Shown here: positions 63,746-64,000 of the stretch, in pieces
Layout of the letters: each line of letters begins with the position of its first letter
Numbering within the stretch: position 1 is the first letter of the stretch
Assembly: GCF_006345805.1 (NCBI RefSeq)
Contig: NC_043020.1
Coordinates: forward strand, 2,356,001-2,420,000
Direction of reading: 5' to 3'
DNA length: 64,000 nt
Source of the DNA: Octopus sinensis
Lineage: Eukaryota
Notes under the pieces: model-generated
What the model was told of the DNA's origin: nothing
The model's database searches: none
The model's input: only the letters and a program-made list of their open reading frames with translations
Program-made: the position numbers and the translations under genes

Positions 63746-64000
63746 TGTCAGATGAAAGTGAAACAAGGAGAGACAGATTGCGTCTATGAGTGTAAAAGAA
63801 GAAGCATGAGAGTATGTGTGTATGCGTGCACGCGTGAGTACATGTGTGCATATACGTGTACGTGAGTGCGCGCGTGTGTGTGTGTGAGTGTGTGTGTTTG
63901 TGTGTGGGTGTGAATGACTGCTTGCGTGTGCATGTGTATGTGTATGTGTGTGCGTGTATGTGTGTGTGCGTGTGTGTGTGTGTGTCAGAAGGAAAGCGCT

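Overview
This is eukaryotic, AT- and microsatellite-rich genomic DNA, very probably Octopus (inferred from the recognisable tRNA-derived SINE families and repeat content). The only host coding sequence I can support is two minus-strand exons of INTS13/Asunder (10587-10497 and 8402-8274; canonical AG/GT, phases compatible). The rest appears to be intron, packed with at least five SINE families, TTAA/piggyBac-type and TA-type MITEs, non-autonomous Helitrons, and decayed R4/Dong, CR1, RTE, mariner and maT fragments. Almost all other ORFs in the supplied track are simple-repeat artefacts. The most interesting signal is a set of type I hammerhead-ribozyme (HHR) motifs from about five different sequence families. 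Three have an intact catalytic core (229-292 on -, 8753-8799 on +, 32145-32267 on -) and several are decayed. Most sit in elements with partial inverted duplications, the architecture expected of Penelope-like/retrozyme insertions, and one is fused behind a tRNA-derived SINE head. No autonomous Penelope reverse transcriptase is present. Repeat boundaries are approximate (about +/-10 nt) unless a target-site duplication is quoted. Family names are from memory and were not database-checked.
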